Virus record (IMG/VR): IMGVR_UViG_3300036985_003583
Location: 6,868 to 70,867 of that record
DNA length: 64,000 nt
DNA from: a virus
Direction: 5' to 3' (one strand)
Part shown: positions 1-9,100 of the stretch, one piece after another
Layout of the letters: the number at the start of each line of letters is the position of its first letter
Numbering within the stretch: the stretch's first letter is position 1
Notes under the pieces: generated by a model
Database searches by the model: none
The model's input: only the letters and a program-made list of their open reading frames with translations
Told to the model about the DNA's origin: nothing
Position numbers and translations under genes: made by a program

Positions 1-4
1 GAAC

Positions 5-376
5 TTGTTGACCATGAACCCTTTGGTTTATACGTCACTTCTTTCACTATCTGAAGCTGATCGTCGCATAACAGATGAAAAAGGCATCCGTGGTACTTCT
101 GCTAAATACATCAACTACGGAGCTAAAAAGTTCGAGTTGGATCAAGCTTCTTGGATGAGAATGGACCGAGTTATCGGCCTTCCAAAAGATGCTATCCAAA
201 TGTACGGCGGAACTATTGATCCTGTTGAAGCTGGCGGCCAGAAAGAATTCCTTTCTCTCGTAGGCGGACGCAGAACTAATGCTGTAGAAAGCTACAACTC
301 AATTACTTCAGAATGCTGTATAGAGAACCTTCGTTCATGTTTTGTCGGCCATAATTTCCAATTCTCCTCTTTATAA
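5..376 (+). CDS. Probable major capsid protein, C-terminal part (begins before the window)
   Basis: Open from the window edge and followed by a strong terminator. It precedes the adaptor/nozzle genes, and terL at the far end implies a terL-portal-capsid order. The call is positional. Confidence 0.6.
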   Translation: MLTMNPLVYTSLLSLSEADRRITDEKGIRGTSAKYINYGAKKFELDQASWMRMDRVIGLPKDAIQMYGGTIDPVEAGGQKEFLSLVGGRRTNAVESYNSITSECCIENLRSCFVGHNFQFSSL

Positions 377-421
377 TTGACAGTTAACTTAGAGTAGAAT
401 AACTCTGAGTTAAATCAGACT

Positions 422-450
422 AAAGCAGTGGAGAAATTCACTGCTTTTTT
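422..450 (+). terminator. Rho-independent terminator
   Basis: AAAGCAGTG-gagaaatt-CACTGCTTT stem running into a T tract, downstream of the capsid stop. Confidence 0.8.
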
Positions 451-643
451 CATATCTAACCTAAAATAACATATCTACTATCCTCTTGACCTTTCCTTAT
501 AGAGAACGTCCACCGTAACGAGAAGCTTACCGAGTATAATATTCCCATTCCAGACTGATTCGTGCTATCTTATACAAGTTACCACTATAAACACGGCTTT
601 GCTGACTCTTCTGCAGCAGGAAGCTATTTTGAAAGGACTCGTC

Positions 644-1516
644 ATGAAAACTCCTAGCATGAATAAGTACCAAGAACTTGCTCTTGGAAAACACCTTAGC
701 GTAGGCGGAGCCGGAAATAACGGCTTACTTCTCAACGCTATGCAAAATGGCTTCTACGCTAACTTCCAAGGCTGTACCTTGGTTGAGAACGTAACTGCAA
801 CTCCCGGCCCAACTTTCGTACGTCTTTCTGTAGACGGCGACTTGGATCCTTACTACGTTTACGGCGTTAATCAGCTAATGACTTTGCGCGCATCTTCTGC
901 AACCGCCTGTGCTGCCGGATTCCCTAATGCAGCCGCTGTTGGTGATACTGGCGTTCTCCGCCTTACCACTGTTGATGCAAACGCTGCTGGAGCAGTAGCA
1001 ATGTTGCAAGAAAATGCTTTGTGGATGGCTCCTGCCAATGACTTCTCTGTAGTTTTTGACATTGCACAGTGGACGCAACGTAACAACGTCGTTGGAGTAG
1101 CTTTCTCTCAATTCGGCATCATTGGTACTTGTACTGTTACAGACCTTCAGGACTCTGCTAAGGTTCCTGCTTGGGTTGATGGAACAAATGACAACGCTTC
1201 TTGCTACATCACGTTGACCGGAAACCGTGGAACTTTGACTGTAGTAAGTGCAAACTTGGAACTTCGTCAGAACTCAGCTTCTTTCGAGATTCCAGCAGGA
1301 GCATTTACTGCAAGAATTGCTTATGGAGCAGGCGCAACTGGCGGGTCTCCTACGGTTTCTGTCTTCATAAATGACAGAGCTGTTGCCACTATCAAGACTG
1401 TGCTGACGGGGCCTTTCCAGTTATTTGCTCGTGCATGTAACGGAGCTAACTATCTACAGGCAACGCATACTCCAGCAATACTTGATATTGACACTATTGC
1501 AGTATCGATGGTTTAA
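644..1516 (+). CDS. Virion structural protein (decoration/head-fibre-like, beta-rich)
   Basis: ATG at 644 after AAGGA. Ala/Gly/Thr/Val-rich with a lectin-like-looking C-terminal half; directly after the capsid gene. Confidence 0.5.
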   Translation: MKTPSMNKYQELALGKHLSVGGAGNNGLLLNAMQNGFYANFQGCTLVENVTATPGPTFVRLSVDGDLDPYYVYGVNQLMTLRASSATACAAGFPNAAAVGDTGVLRLTTVDANAAGAVAMLQENALWMAPANDFSVVFDIAQWTQRNNVVGVAFSQFGIIGTCTVTDLQDSAKVPAWVDGTNDNASCYITLTGNRGTLTVVSANLELRQNSASFEIPAGAFTARIAYGAGATGGSPTVSVFINDRAVATIKTVLTGPFQLFARACNGANYLQATHTPAILDIDTIAVSMV

Positions 1517-1549
1517 TTACGGCTAACAAAGAAACGGAGAATTATTATT

Positions 1550-1930
1550 ATGGTATTTCCAATGGGCGCTAAAGCTCCAATGAGCAAGAAACCTAAATTC
1601 GACATGGGCGGAGATCCTAATGCCGATGATATCGGCCAACCACCACACGGCGAGCCTGATATGGATGATGAAGAGATCGACGGCATCATGGGTCAGGATA
1701 TGATGAATCCTGGCGAAGAAGGCAGCGAAGACGTTCTCGGCGCAGGAAATCCTCTGGAATCAGCTTTGGCTGAAGCAGGATTTCCCGGCGTAACTCCTGA
1801 GCAGCTAACTCAGATCGAAGCTATTCTAAAGCCCGTAGGCGCTCCTAAAGCCCCTATCGGCAAGCCAGCTCCAGCAATCGGTGGCGCTACTGCCGGGGGT
1901 GTTCTAGGCTCAGATATTGCAAGTCTTTAA
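1550..1930 (+). CDS. Hypothetical acidic/Pro-Gly low-complexity protein
   Basis: GGAG RBS, 126-aa ORF. Confidence 0.65.
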   Translation: MVFPMGAKAPMSKKPKFDMGGDPNADDIGQPPHGEPDMDDEEIDGIMGQDMMNPGEEGSEDVLGAGNPLESALAEAGFPGVTPEQLTQIEAILKPVGAPKAPIGKPAPAIGGATAGGVLGSDIASL

Positions 1931-1936
1931 AGTTTA

Positions 1937-1997
1937 GAGGTGCATCCAAACTTTGGAGGCATCTCGACTAAGGGATCGGCTCAAAATTTGAGCTGAT
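1937..1997. repeat. Two adjacent imperfect palindromes with AAANTTT cores
   Basis: GAGGTGCATCC-AAACTTT-GGAGGCATCTC (1937-1965) and ATCGGCTC-AAAATTT-GAGCTGAT (1975-1997), between convergent genes. Confidence 0.85.
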
Positions 1998-2554
1998 TAA
2001 AGATCGTCTAGCTCGTCCAACTCTTCCATGAATGAAGATATTTTCAATTCGATGCCGTGAATCACATCACGGCTGTGTTGTATCTTGCCTTGGAGGAGAG
2101 CAGCCTCAGAGTGGTCTTCCTTCAATACTTTTTGTTTCTTAGGGAATCTTCCGCCTTCATCAACCAAGATGTAGCCGTATTTCCCTTTACCTTCGTTTTT
2201 GTGTGCTTGTGCTGTTTCCAATTTTAAATTCCTTTTGATTAGATTTTGTTGAAACTCCGCGAACTTTGAAAGTATACGCTTTCGGAGAACTTTGTGCTCT
2301 TCAGTTTTCAGGTTGAAAGAGCTTACCAATAACACGAATCCTGTTTCCGTTAGAAGGCACATCGGTTGAGTTTTGTTTTGCTCATTTTTATAGGAGGACT
2401 CCTGAAAGTTTAAGGAGTCCTCGCCGTTTTCTATGAGGGTGGCAATACTCTGAAGTACGTTATCGTGACGACGCTCAAACATTTCAGCAACGGTCAAAGA
2501 GCTGATGCAATTGACGCCAACTTCGTTAGAAGTGAATAAAACTAAATCGGACAT
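1997..2554 (-). CDS. rha: Rha-family phage regulatory protein
   Basis: SSLTVAEMFERRHDNVLQSI...LNFQESSYKNEQNKTQPMCLLTETGFVLLVSSF matches the Rha signature; likely ATG at 2554. Confidence 0.9.
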   Translation of the reverse strand: MSDLVLFTSNEVGVNCISSLTVAEMFERRHDNVLQSIATLIENGEDSLNFQESSYKNEQNKTQPMCLLTETGFVLLVSSFNLKTEEHKVLRKRILSKFAEFQQNLIKRNLKLETAQAHKNEGKGKYGYILVDEGGRFPKKQKVLKEDHSEAALLQGKIQHSRDVIHGIELKISSFMEELDELDDL

Positions 2555-2713
2555 GTGGAAATCTTTTCTAGAAGCCGGAAAGCATTGACTCCCGATTACA
2601 AACTGTGTAAAACAGACGTAGGGCGGAGGTTGCTTCAATTACGGCCGCCCTTAGGGTGCATACTCTCTTTACACCACTAGACTCCAAAGATCAAACCACA
2701 TTTCATCACCAAT

Positions 2714-3256
2714 TTATAAACTACTTTCGCTCATAAATACCGTTGATAGTATTTCTGTTGCATGAAAGAAGTCAGATGGAAATACCTTTGACTTCGGCTC
2801 ACACAGAAGCGTTCCAGCTCGCTGATAAGCCCAGTAAACCAGTTCAGAGCAGTAATACTCATCATCTTCTGTTTCAAATTCATAATCATAAAGACTTCCA
2901 ACCTCATTCTGTGCATTCATAGCTGCCTGTAAATGCACAGAATCTATAGCTCTTAACCGTAATACGCAGATATAGTCTTTGGTAGCAACGAAGTCGAAGA
3001 GATTAGTTTCAACGACGCCTTCTCCGACAGCTTCAATTACAGTCTTTCTCATTGATACAATAGCAGCATGTTTCCAGAATTTAGGGATAAAAACATTTGT
3101 CAGATGCCAGCGGATTCTAGACAGAAGAATATCCCCGGGCTGGATAGCAGCCTTTATGGCGTCAAAGTCCTTACCTTTAATAAGCCTTACGCTAAAAGGA
3201 GCGTGTATTTTTCCTACAAGACGGGTAATCGGTTCTACGAAAGATAGAAATTTCAT
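2714..3256 (-). CDS. Permuted papain-like NlpC/P60 amidase (YiiX/YebB-like)
   Basis: QPGDILL, WKHAAI (catalytic His first), VIEAVGEGV, YDYEF...YYCSELVYWAY (catalytic Cys later). Confidence 0.85.
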   Translation of the reverse strand: MKFLSFVEPITRLVGKIHAPFSVRLIKGKDFDAIKAAIQPGDILLSRIRWHLTNVFIPKFWKHAAIVSMRKTVIEAVGEGVVETNLFDFVATKDYICVLRLRAIDSVHLQAAMNAQNEVGSLYDYEFETEDDEYYCSELVYWAYQRAGTLLCEPKSKVFPSDFFHATEILSTVFMSESSL

Positions 3257-3374
3257 GGCGACTCCTCTATAATAGAAACATGGCTTATTTGTACACTCTG
3301 TCAATTATACACACAGCGTGGTAATATTGGTACATTCCGTTAATTTGGGAAACATTCAAAGAAGGAAACTAAGG

Positions 3375-4106
3375 ATGCTAAGAAATCACGGCGATAGCAG
3401 AAGAAGAGTTACTTTGGCGCAAAAGGTAGGCAATCAGCCAGCTGATCCTACCAATATTTATGACGATATATCTCCAGAAGAGTTAGACATTTTGATGCTT
3501 AACGCTGCTGGAATGGCTAATCCTGACTTCAACCCTAGCGTTAAGGGTGAAGGCGACTTATCTTCTGACGACGTAATGGGCGAGTACAGCGATTTTGGCG
3601 CAAGAGATGTCAACGAAATGTACAGTGGTCTTTCAGGACGACTTACCAAGAGCGCGAAAGAAGATAAAGCACGTAAATCCGGTTCTGGCGAAGGCATGAG
3701 AGGTTTTGAACAATTCTCCGACGCAGGCATGGGAGAAGAGATCCCAGAAGGCGTTATAAGCGACGTAATGGAGCCTAGTAGCGAATCTGAAGACTTAATA
3801 TATGGAACAACTGAAGCCCCGTCACGAGGCGCTGAAGGCGGAAAAGAAGGAGCCCGTGAAGATGTTAGAAGCGGACGACCCATTTCAGGCGGAAAAGAAT
3901 CAGAAGATATTTATGACGTCCTTGGCGGAGGCGGAAAGCCTAAAGCCATCATCAAAGAAAAAGAGAAGACAGCCGTTATCCCTGGAGGAATGGCAAAGAA
4001 TCCATTCCCTGAAGACAGCAAACTTGGAAAAATGTTCCGAGCAATCGAAGCCAGAGGAAAGCCAAAAGGTCACGGACTTGGGCAGGTAAGACGCCCAAGG
4101 TTTTAA
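3375..4106 (+). CDS. Hypothetical acidic/Gly-rich, probably disordered protein
   Basis: Long ORF with an AAGGA RBS upstream of ATG 3375. Confidence 0.65.
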   Translation: MLRNHGDSRRRVTLAQKVGNQPADPTNIYDDISPEELDILMLNAAGMANPDFNPSVKGEGDLSSDDVMGEYSDFGARDVNEMYSGLSGRLTKSAKEDKARKSGSGEGMRGFEQFSDAGMGEEIPEGVISDVMEPSSESEDLIYGTTEAPSRGAEGGKEGAREDVRSGRPISGGKESEDIYDVLGGGGKPKAIIKEKEKTAVIPGGMAKNPFPEDSKLGKMFRAIEARGKPKGHGLGQVRRPRF

Positions 4107-4787
4107 TTAGTCTTCTGGGAACGAATCCCAGTAAGCTCTATCTTTGTCGTAAATATCTAACAATTCATCATCGCCAATTTCTCTAGAAGGTTTCTTTACA
4201 GCCTTTGATTTCGCATAGGCACTTACCAAGTCATTGTATTGATCTCGTCTTTCGCGCTTAGCCTGTAAATTGTGAACATTACCGACAGCATCTGACTTAG
4301 GGTAAGCCGTATTCTTACCAATCCAGTCGTCGCTGAGAACGTCTAACGGGCTAGGTCTTCCAGTACCGGTTGGCACGTTATCAGGGCTTGGCGGGTCTCT
4401 AAATAACCTCTGTAAACTCTCACTCCGAGGGGGACGGGCTGCAGCGCGTTCTGCCGCTTTCCTACCTAATCCTCTTAATCCGTAAGCTCCAGCAGTTGCC
4501 GCCATCAAGGCAGCGTCAAAACCTTCGTCATCGGGACGAACTTGCCCAGAACCGCCTTTTTGAAGGAATTCCTGTTCCCAGTTTTCAACTCCGTAAGGAT
4601 CAATAGGTTTGTCTTTCCATTTACCCATTATAGCTCGTTCAGCCTCTGTCATGGGCGAGATGGAGCTGTCGTCAGTGTAGTAGTCGGATCCTACGGGAAC
4701 CTGCTCCGGAACCTTCGTTGAAGGCAGTTTAGCCATATCCGCATATGGAAGTTTACGAATCTTGTTTCTTATACTTATTCCCGGCAT
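4107..4787 (-). CDS. Hypothetical protein
   Basis: 226-aa ORF with AAGGGG RBS; stop abuts the convergent gene. Confidence 0.65.
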   Translation of the reverse strand: MPGISIRNKIRKLPYADMAKLPSTKVPEQVPVGSDYYTDDSSISPMTEAERAIMGKWKDKPIDPYGVENWEQEFLQKGGSGQVRPDDEGFDAALMAATAGAYGLRGLGRKAAERAAARPPRSESLQRLFRDPPSPDNVPTGTGRPSPLDVLSDDWIGKNTAYPKSDAVGNVHNLQAKRERRDQYNDLVSAYAKSKAVKKPSREIGDDELLDIYDKDRAYWDSFPED

Positions 4788-4846
4788 TACAGACCCCTTC
4801 TAGCTGTGATAATATCAGAGTGATATTAACATGAGGTAACAAATAT

Positions 4847-6127
4847 ATGAATACCCTTGAACTTGTAAATGCAGTACGGGACTTGACTTTTGAGTACCAA
4901 GCTGACCCCATTTCGGATGAGTACATTGTAAGCCGCTTAAATGAAGCTTACCGATTTGCTTACAATCATTTCGTAAAATCCAATGAGGAACTTTATGGTC
5001 AGATCAGCTTGCTGCAAGTAGTTTCAGGGCAGTTCGAGTATGACATGCCAGAAGAGCTCTGGAACAAACGAATCGAGACAATGCTGATTCCTACGCCTCC
5101 GAATGAATCGACGCAGCCTTGGGGTTGGACTAAGGTTCGGAAGGCTCAGTACAGCCAGAGCTACCCTTACCAAACTAACAGGATAAAAACTTACTATCCC
5201 GAATGCTGGTCTACGTTGAATAACAAGATCTATATCTTCCCAGCCCCGTTGATAGCTTATCAGGCTAAACTGATAGTTTCTCGCAAGATCCCTATGATGG
5301 GAGTACTCGGTGGAAAGATAACGGAACTTCGCAACAACGTAATCTATCTAGACGATGTGACAAACGATGCTAGAATAGTGGATTCTGTCGGAGATAATTC
5401 TCTTGCTTTTATCTCGGTAGCTGACGCTAACACTGGAGAAGTGAAAGCTTTATGGAGCTACAGCGCAGTAAGTACTGTAGACAATACAATCACTTTACAA
5501 ACATCTCCCCGTAAATATGCAAAACTTATTAAGGGGACAACGGTTTCTCAGATAACATATACTGCGGTAACTGCCGGAACTACAGCAGGAGAAGCAATAT
5601 CCGTTGTTTATACTTCAGACTTAAATCCCGCAACCTGTACCGTAAACGGAAACATAATTACAGTAAAACTGGAAACCGCAGTTACTACTGCTGACAATGT
5701 TGTTACTTTAGTAACCGCTGCCGCAGCAACTCTTGTTACAGCCGTTAGAACTCTTGGACTTGGAAACGTAGTTCAAGTAGCAAATCCTGCAGAATTCCTT
5801 ATAGGAGGTGAGAATCTGTACAAGAATAAGACTGTTGACACTCTCCCCGGAACCCAATGGGGCTCGATAGAAATAGACGATCTTGTTTGCTTCGGATACG
5901 CAACAGGAGCTTCAATATTCGGAGAGTCAATTGATACCTTCTTAACAGATTGGGCAGTAATGAGAATTAGAGGATCACTTAACGAGACAGATCCTGAAAC
6001 AACTAACAGCCTTAAACTACAGCTGCAAGAGCTTACCGGAGACCTCGGCGGACGTAATCTTGGATTAAAGATTAATATGACTGAGCGCGCCAACTATGGA
6101 AGCAAAACATTTAGAAGGAGTTTCTAA
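4847..6127 (+). CDS. Head-tail adaptor / tail tubular protein A-like, with an inserted domain
   Basis: N-terminal MNTLELVNAVRDL...ISDEYIVSRLNEAY and GQFEYDMPEEL...KIYIFPAP are typical of phage adaptors; directly upstream of the nozzle-like gene. Confidence 0.7.
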   Translation: MNTLELVNAVRDLTFEYQADPISDEYIVSRLNEAYRFAYNHFVKSNEELYGQISLLQVVSGQFEYDMPEELWNKRIETMLIPTPPNESTQPWGWTKVRKAQYSQSYPYQTNRIKTYYPECWSTLNNKIYIFPAPLIAYQAKLIVSRKIPMMGVLGGKITELRNNVIYLDDVTNDARIVDSVGDNSLAFISVADANTGEVKALWSYSAVSTVDNTITLQTSPRKYAKLIKGTTVSQITYTAVTAGTTAGEAISVVYTSDLNPATCTVNGNIITVKLETAVTTADNVVTLVTAAAATLVTAVRTLGLGNVVQVANPAEFLIGGENLYKNKTVDTLPGTQWGSIEIDDLVCFGYATGASIFGESIDTFLTDWAVMRIRGSLNETDPETTNSLKLQLQELTGDLGGRNLGLKINMTERANYGSKTFRRSF

Positions 6128-9100
6128 TGGCCATAACTTCTGGAAACACTTCTATCATTCCAATTAGCTCCAAGAGTGGCATAGACGGCTCAACATCTAT
6201 ACCTACAATTGGTGAAGGCTATTGCATTGACATGGAGAATACAGACCTAAGCACTGCAAATGAGATAAAGAAACGAGCTGGGTACGTGAGATACTGTGGA
6301 TCCTTGCCTGTGAAGATCTCGAATACTGGGGAGACGTATCCCGCAACAACTGATGCTACTTTCGTAGAAGCTACGGCATTAACTAACCCAGAAACCACAA
6401 CTCCGTGTAGATGGGTTAAGTATAATAGTTCTCTTCTCACTATTGCCGGTGGCGGAATAGCTATCCTTAATAAACAAATAGGATTTATGGCTGATCAGAC
6501 TGAGAACGCTAACTACGTCGTTGTAGAACTTACCGGCCCAATAATGGGCAGGTTCGGCATGGTTGAGGATCACGAGTGCTATGCGTCCAACGCCACAGGA
6601 ACTGCGGTTCTTTATCGCCCTATAAAGATACTATCTTCTACTATCTTCATAGCCGAAGCTAGCAGATTGCCTGCAGCTACGGGCGCTGTAATGCCTATAA
6701 CAAGTAAACCATCCGCCCCGGAGTTTAATAGAATAACCAATGTTGTATTTGACGCAAATACTCACATTGTTACAGTTTATACTGACGAAGTAGTTTCCTC
6801 AGAAATGATAGTTTATTCCCCTTTACTGGGGCCAAGTTCTACTATCACGGCTATCAGCTTTGGCGTTAGTTTTTCAGTAACTTTTGCCGGAGCCTTCCAT
6901 ACTACGGATATTAGAAAGGACTTCTTCAAGCTGTACTGGAATTCTAGTAGCGTTCAAAGAAAAGATCGGGCAACTACTGGATACGCGGAAGCCTATAGCT
7001 CAGCATCAGCCTCTTTAAACTCTGAGACTCGTGTAGGATTTACCGGAACAGATAAGCTAATAATCTACGGAACGGGAGTTAAAACAGCTCCGACAGCACT
7101 AGAGTCATTCTATTCTTATTCTGAGCAGACTAATAGAGTTGTAGCAGTTGTTGGGGGTAGAGGGTATCTTGCGCCATATCCAGAGATACGTACAGATAAA
7201 GGCCCATATGTTACTGCCCCCCCGAATGTACTTGTTGCTCATGCGTTTATGCCAAAAGTAAATAATAGATACTCAATAAACTATATAGGCACAGCTAATG
7301 CATATGTTGTCGGAGATACTGTAACCATTAGAAGAGAATCGTCATCTTATGATATGCTTATAGTCGCATTAGATACGGATATAATTTATGTGACCGGAGA
7401 CGTACCTACGTCTATTACAGCTGGAGAAACTCTGCACTGGACTAGGTATACCAGAAAAATAATATTGACAACTACGAGTGTGATCGGAGCCGACTCCGTT
7501 GTATTAATAGATGGTATTTCCCCACATGAAGTAGCTTATTATGAAATAGCTACTAAAACAGTTATGTTTGACTCTCCAATATTGTTTTCTTCTAATTCTA
7601 ACATTCAATTATATGGCTCATGGAAAGGGTATTATGCCGCTGGGGTTACGGGAGCTATTGAAAGATTTGAAACTTTTCAAAGGGCTTATGGGGACATCAG
7701 TGCAGTAAAATCTGCAGGTAGGTTTACTTATGGTGCGTATATTGCTGACCAAACCGGAGTGTTTAGAGTAGATGCTTTGCGATCTGCAGAATGTACAATG
7801 GCGGCTCCTCAGATACTTGGGATACGCTCTATTCCGGGAAGCATCGGAACTTTCCCAATAGTAATAGGCGGAAATAATACAAAAATGGGGGAAGCCGTTG
7901 GAGTTTCTTTTACTTTTGTATTCTATAATGCAGATGGATTTAGAGCAGAATCAGAGTATTCTCCGTTAAGTGATGGCTGGGCTACGCCAAGAGCAGCAAT
8001 TAGTGGGGCGGACTTATCAGAACTTCTTGAATATAGGGTCAAATATCCTACTAAATACCCGAGCGGGTATGATCTTTTTCTATGTGCATATCTTGCACAA
8101 TCTACCGGAGAGGCTAATTCCCAGACACAATACTCCCTATATAAAGTAATAAAACTTTATCCTAACGGTGTAATAGGGGTAACAACTAAGCCATATACCG
8201 GAACTTCGGCCATGTCTGTCCTTATTGGGGACGTGTCAGTGACATCTTTGTCTGGAGCAGTTCTTACTGACTTTACCTTCAAAACAGTGACGACTCGTCC
8301 ACCTATTGCCAAACATATGGTATCCTCTGAGAGTAGACTAATTGCAGCTAATCTGAGATCTCATCCATATATAAAGGTAACTCCGTCAAAAGTATTTACC
8401 AATAAAAAATTCTCGTCATTCATGTCTATGACCACTTTGAATAATACTGCTTTACAGTATTCTGCATTTTTTGCCCCTCTTGGAGTAGTGCCGAATACGG
8501 AGCATCTCCCTCTTTGGGGTGATGCTCCGATAATTAAAGACAATACTGAGGCTACGGCAACTTCCACGAATAGAAATACGGGGGTTGTGACTGGAAATAC
8601 ATATGCCGTGGATAATGCTACTCCGGCCTACACTGTTTATGGTGTTGATTATAAAAGATCTTATTGCTCAGTATATGGGGACGATGGCGCTCCTGTAACC
8701 CCTCTCACAATAACTTACACAGATAACTCCAATAGATTCTCAAGTGTAACATGGGCTGCTCACGCATCAACCACTCTGGCAGTATTGAGGAAAGTTCAAC
8801 GAAATAAGGATTTATCAGCACTTCCCATTCCTTTTGAATCAGAAGTATTTCAATATACCTTAGCGTCATTGAACTATTTCTCATCAAGCAAGTGGACTGA
8901 CTCTGACTTAGATGCGGCTACAAATGCGGTGGCATTGAATAACACAACCTTCATTGCCTGCGAGAACTGGTTTGACGGCATGGGGGAGTTAAAGAATTCT
9001 CCTGCTAATCTCTCTGCAATATTTGTCACTTTAACCGGCGGTACAGTAGGGGATGATGTTCCGGGAGGAGTGGCTATTCAAAGCTCCCGTCCAGCCGGAA

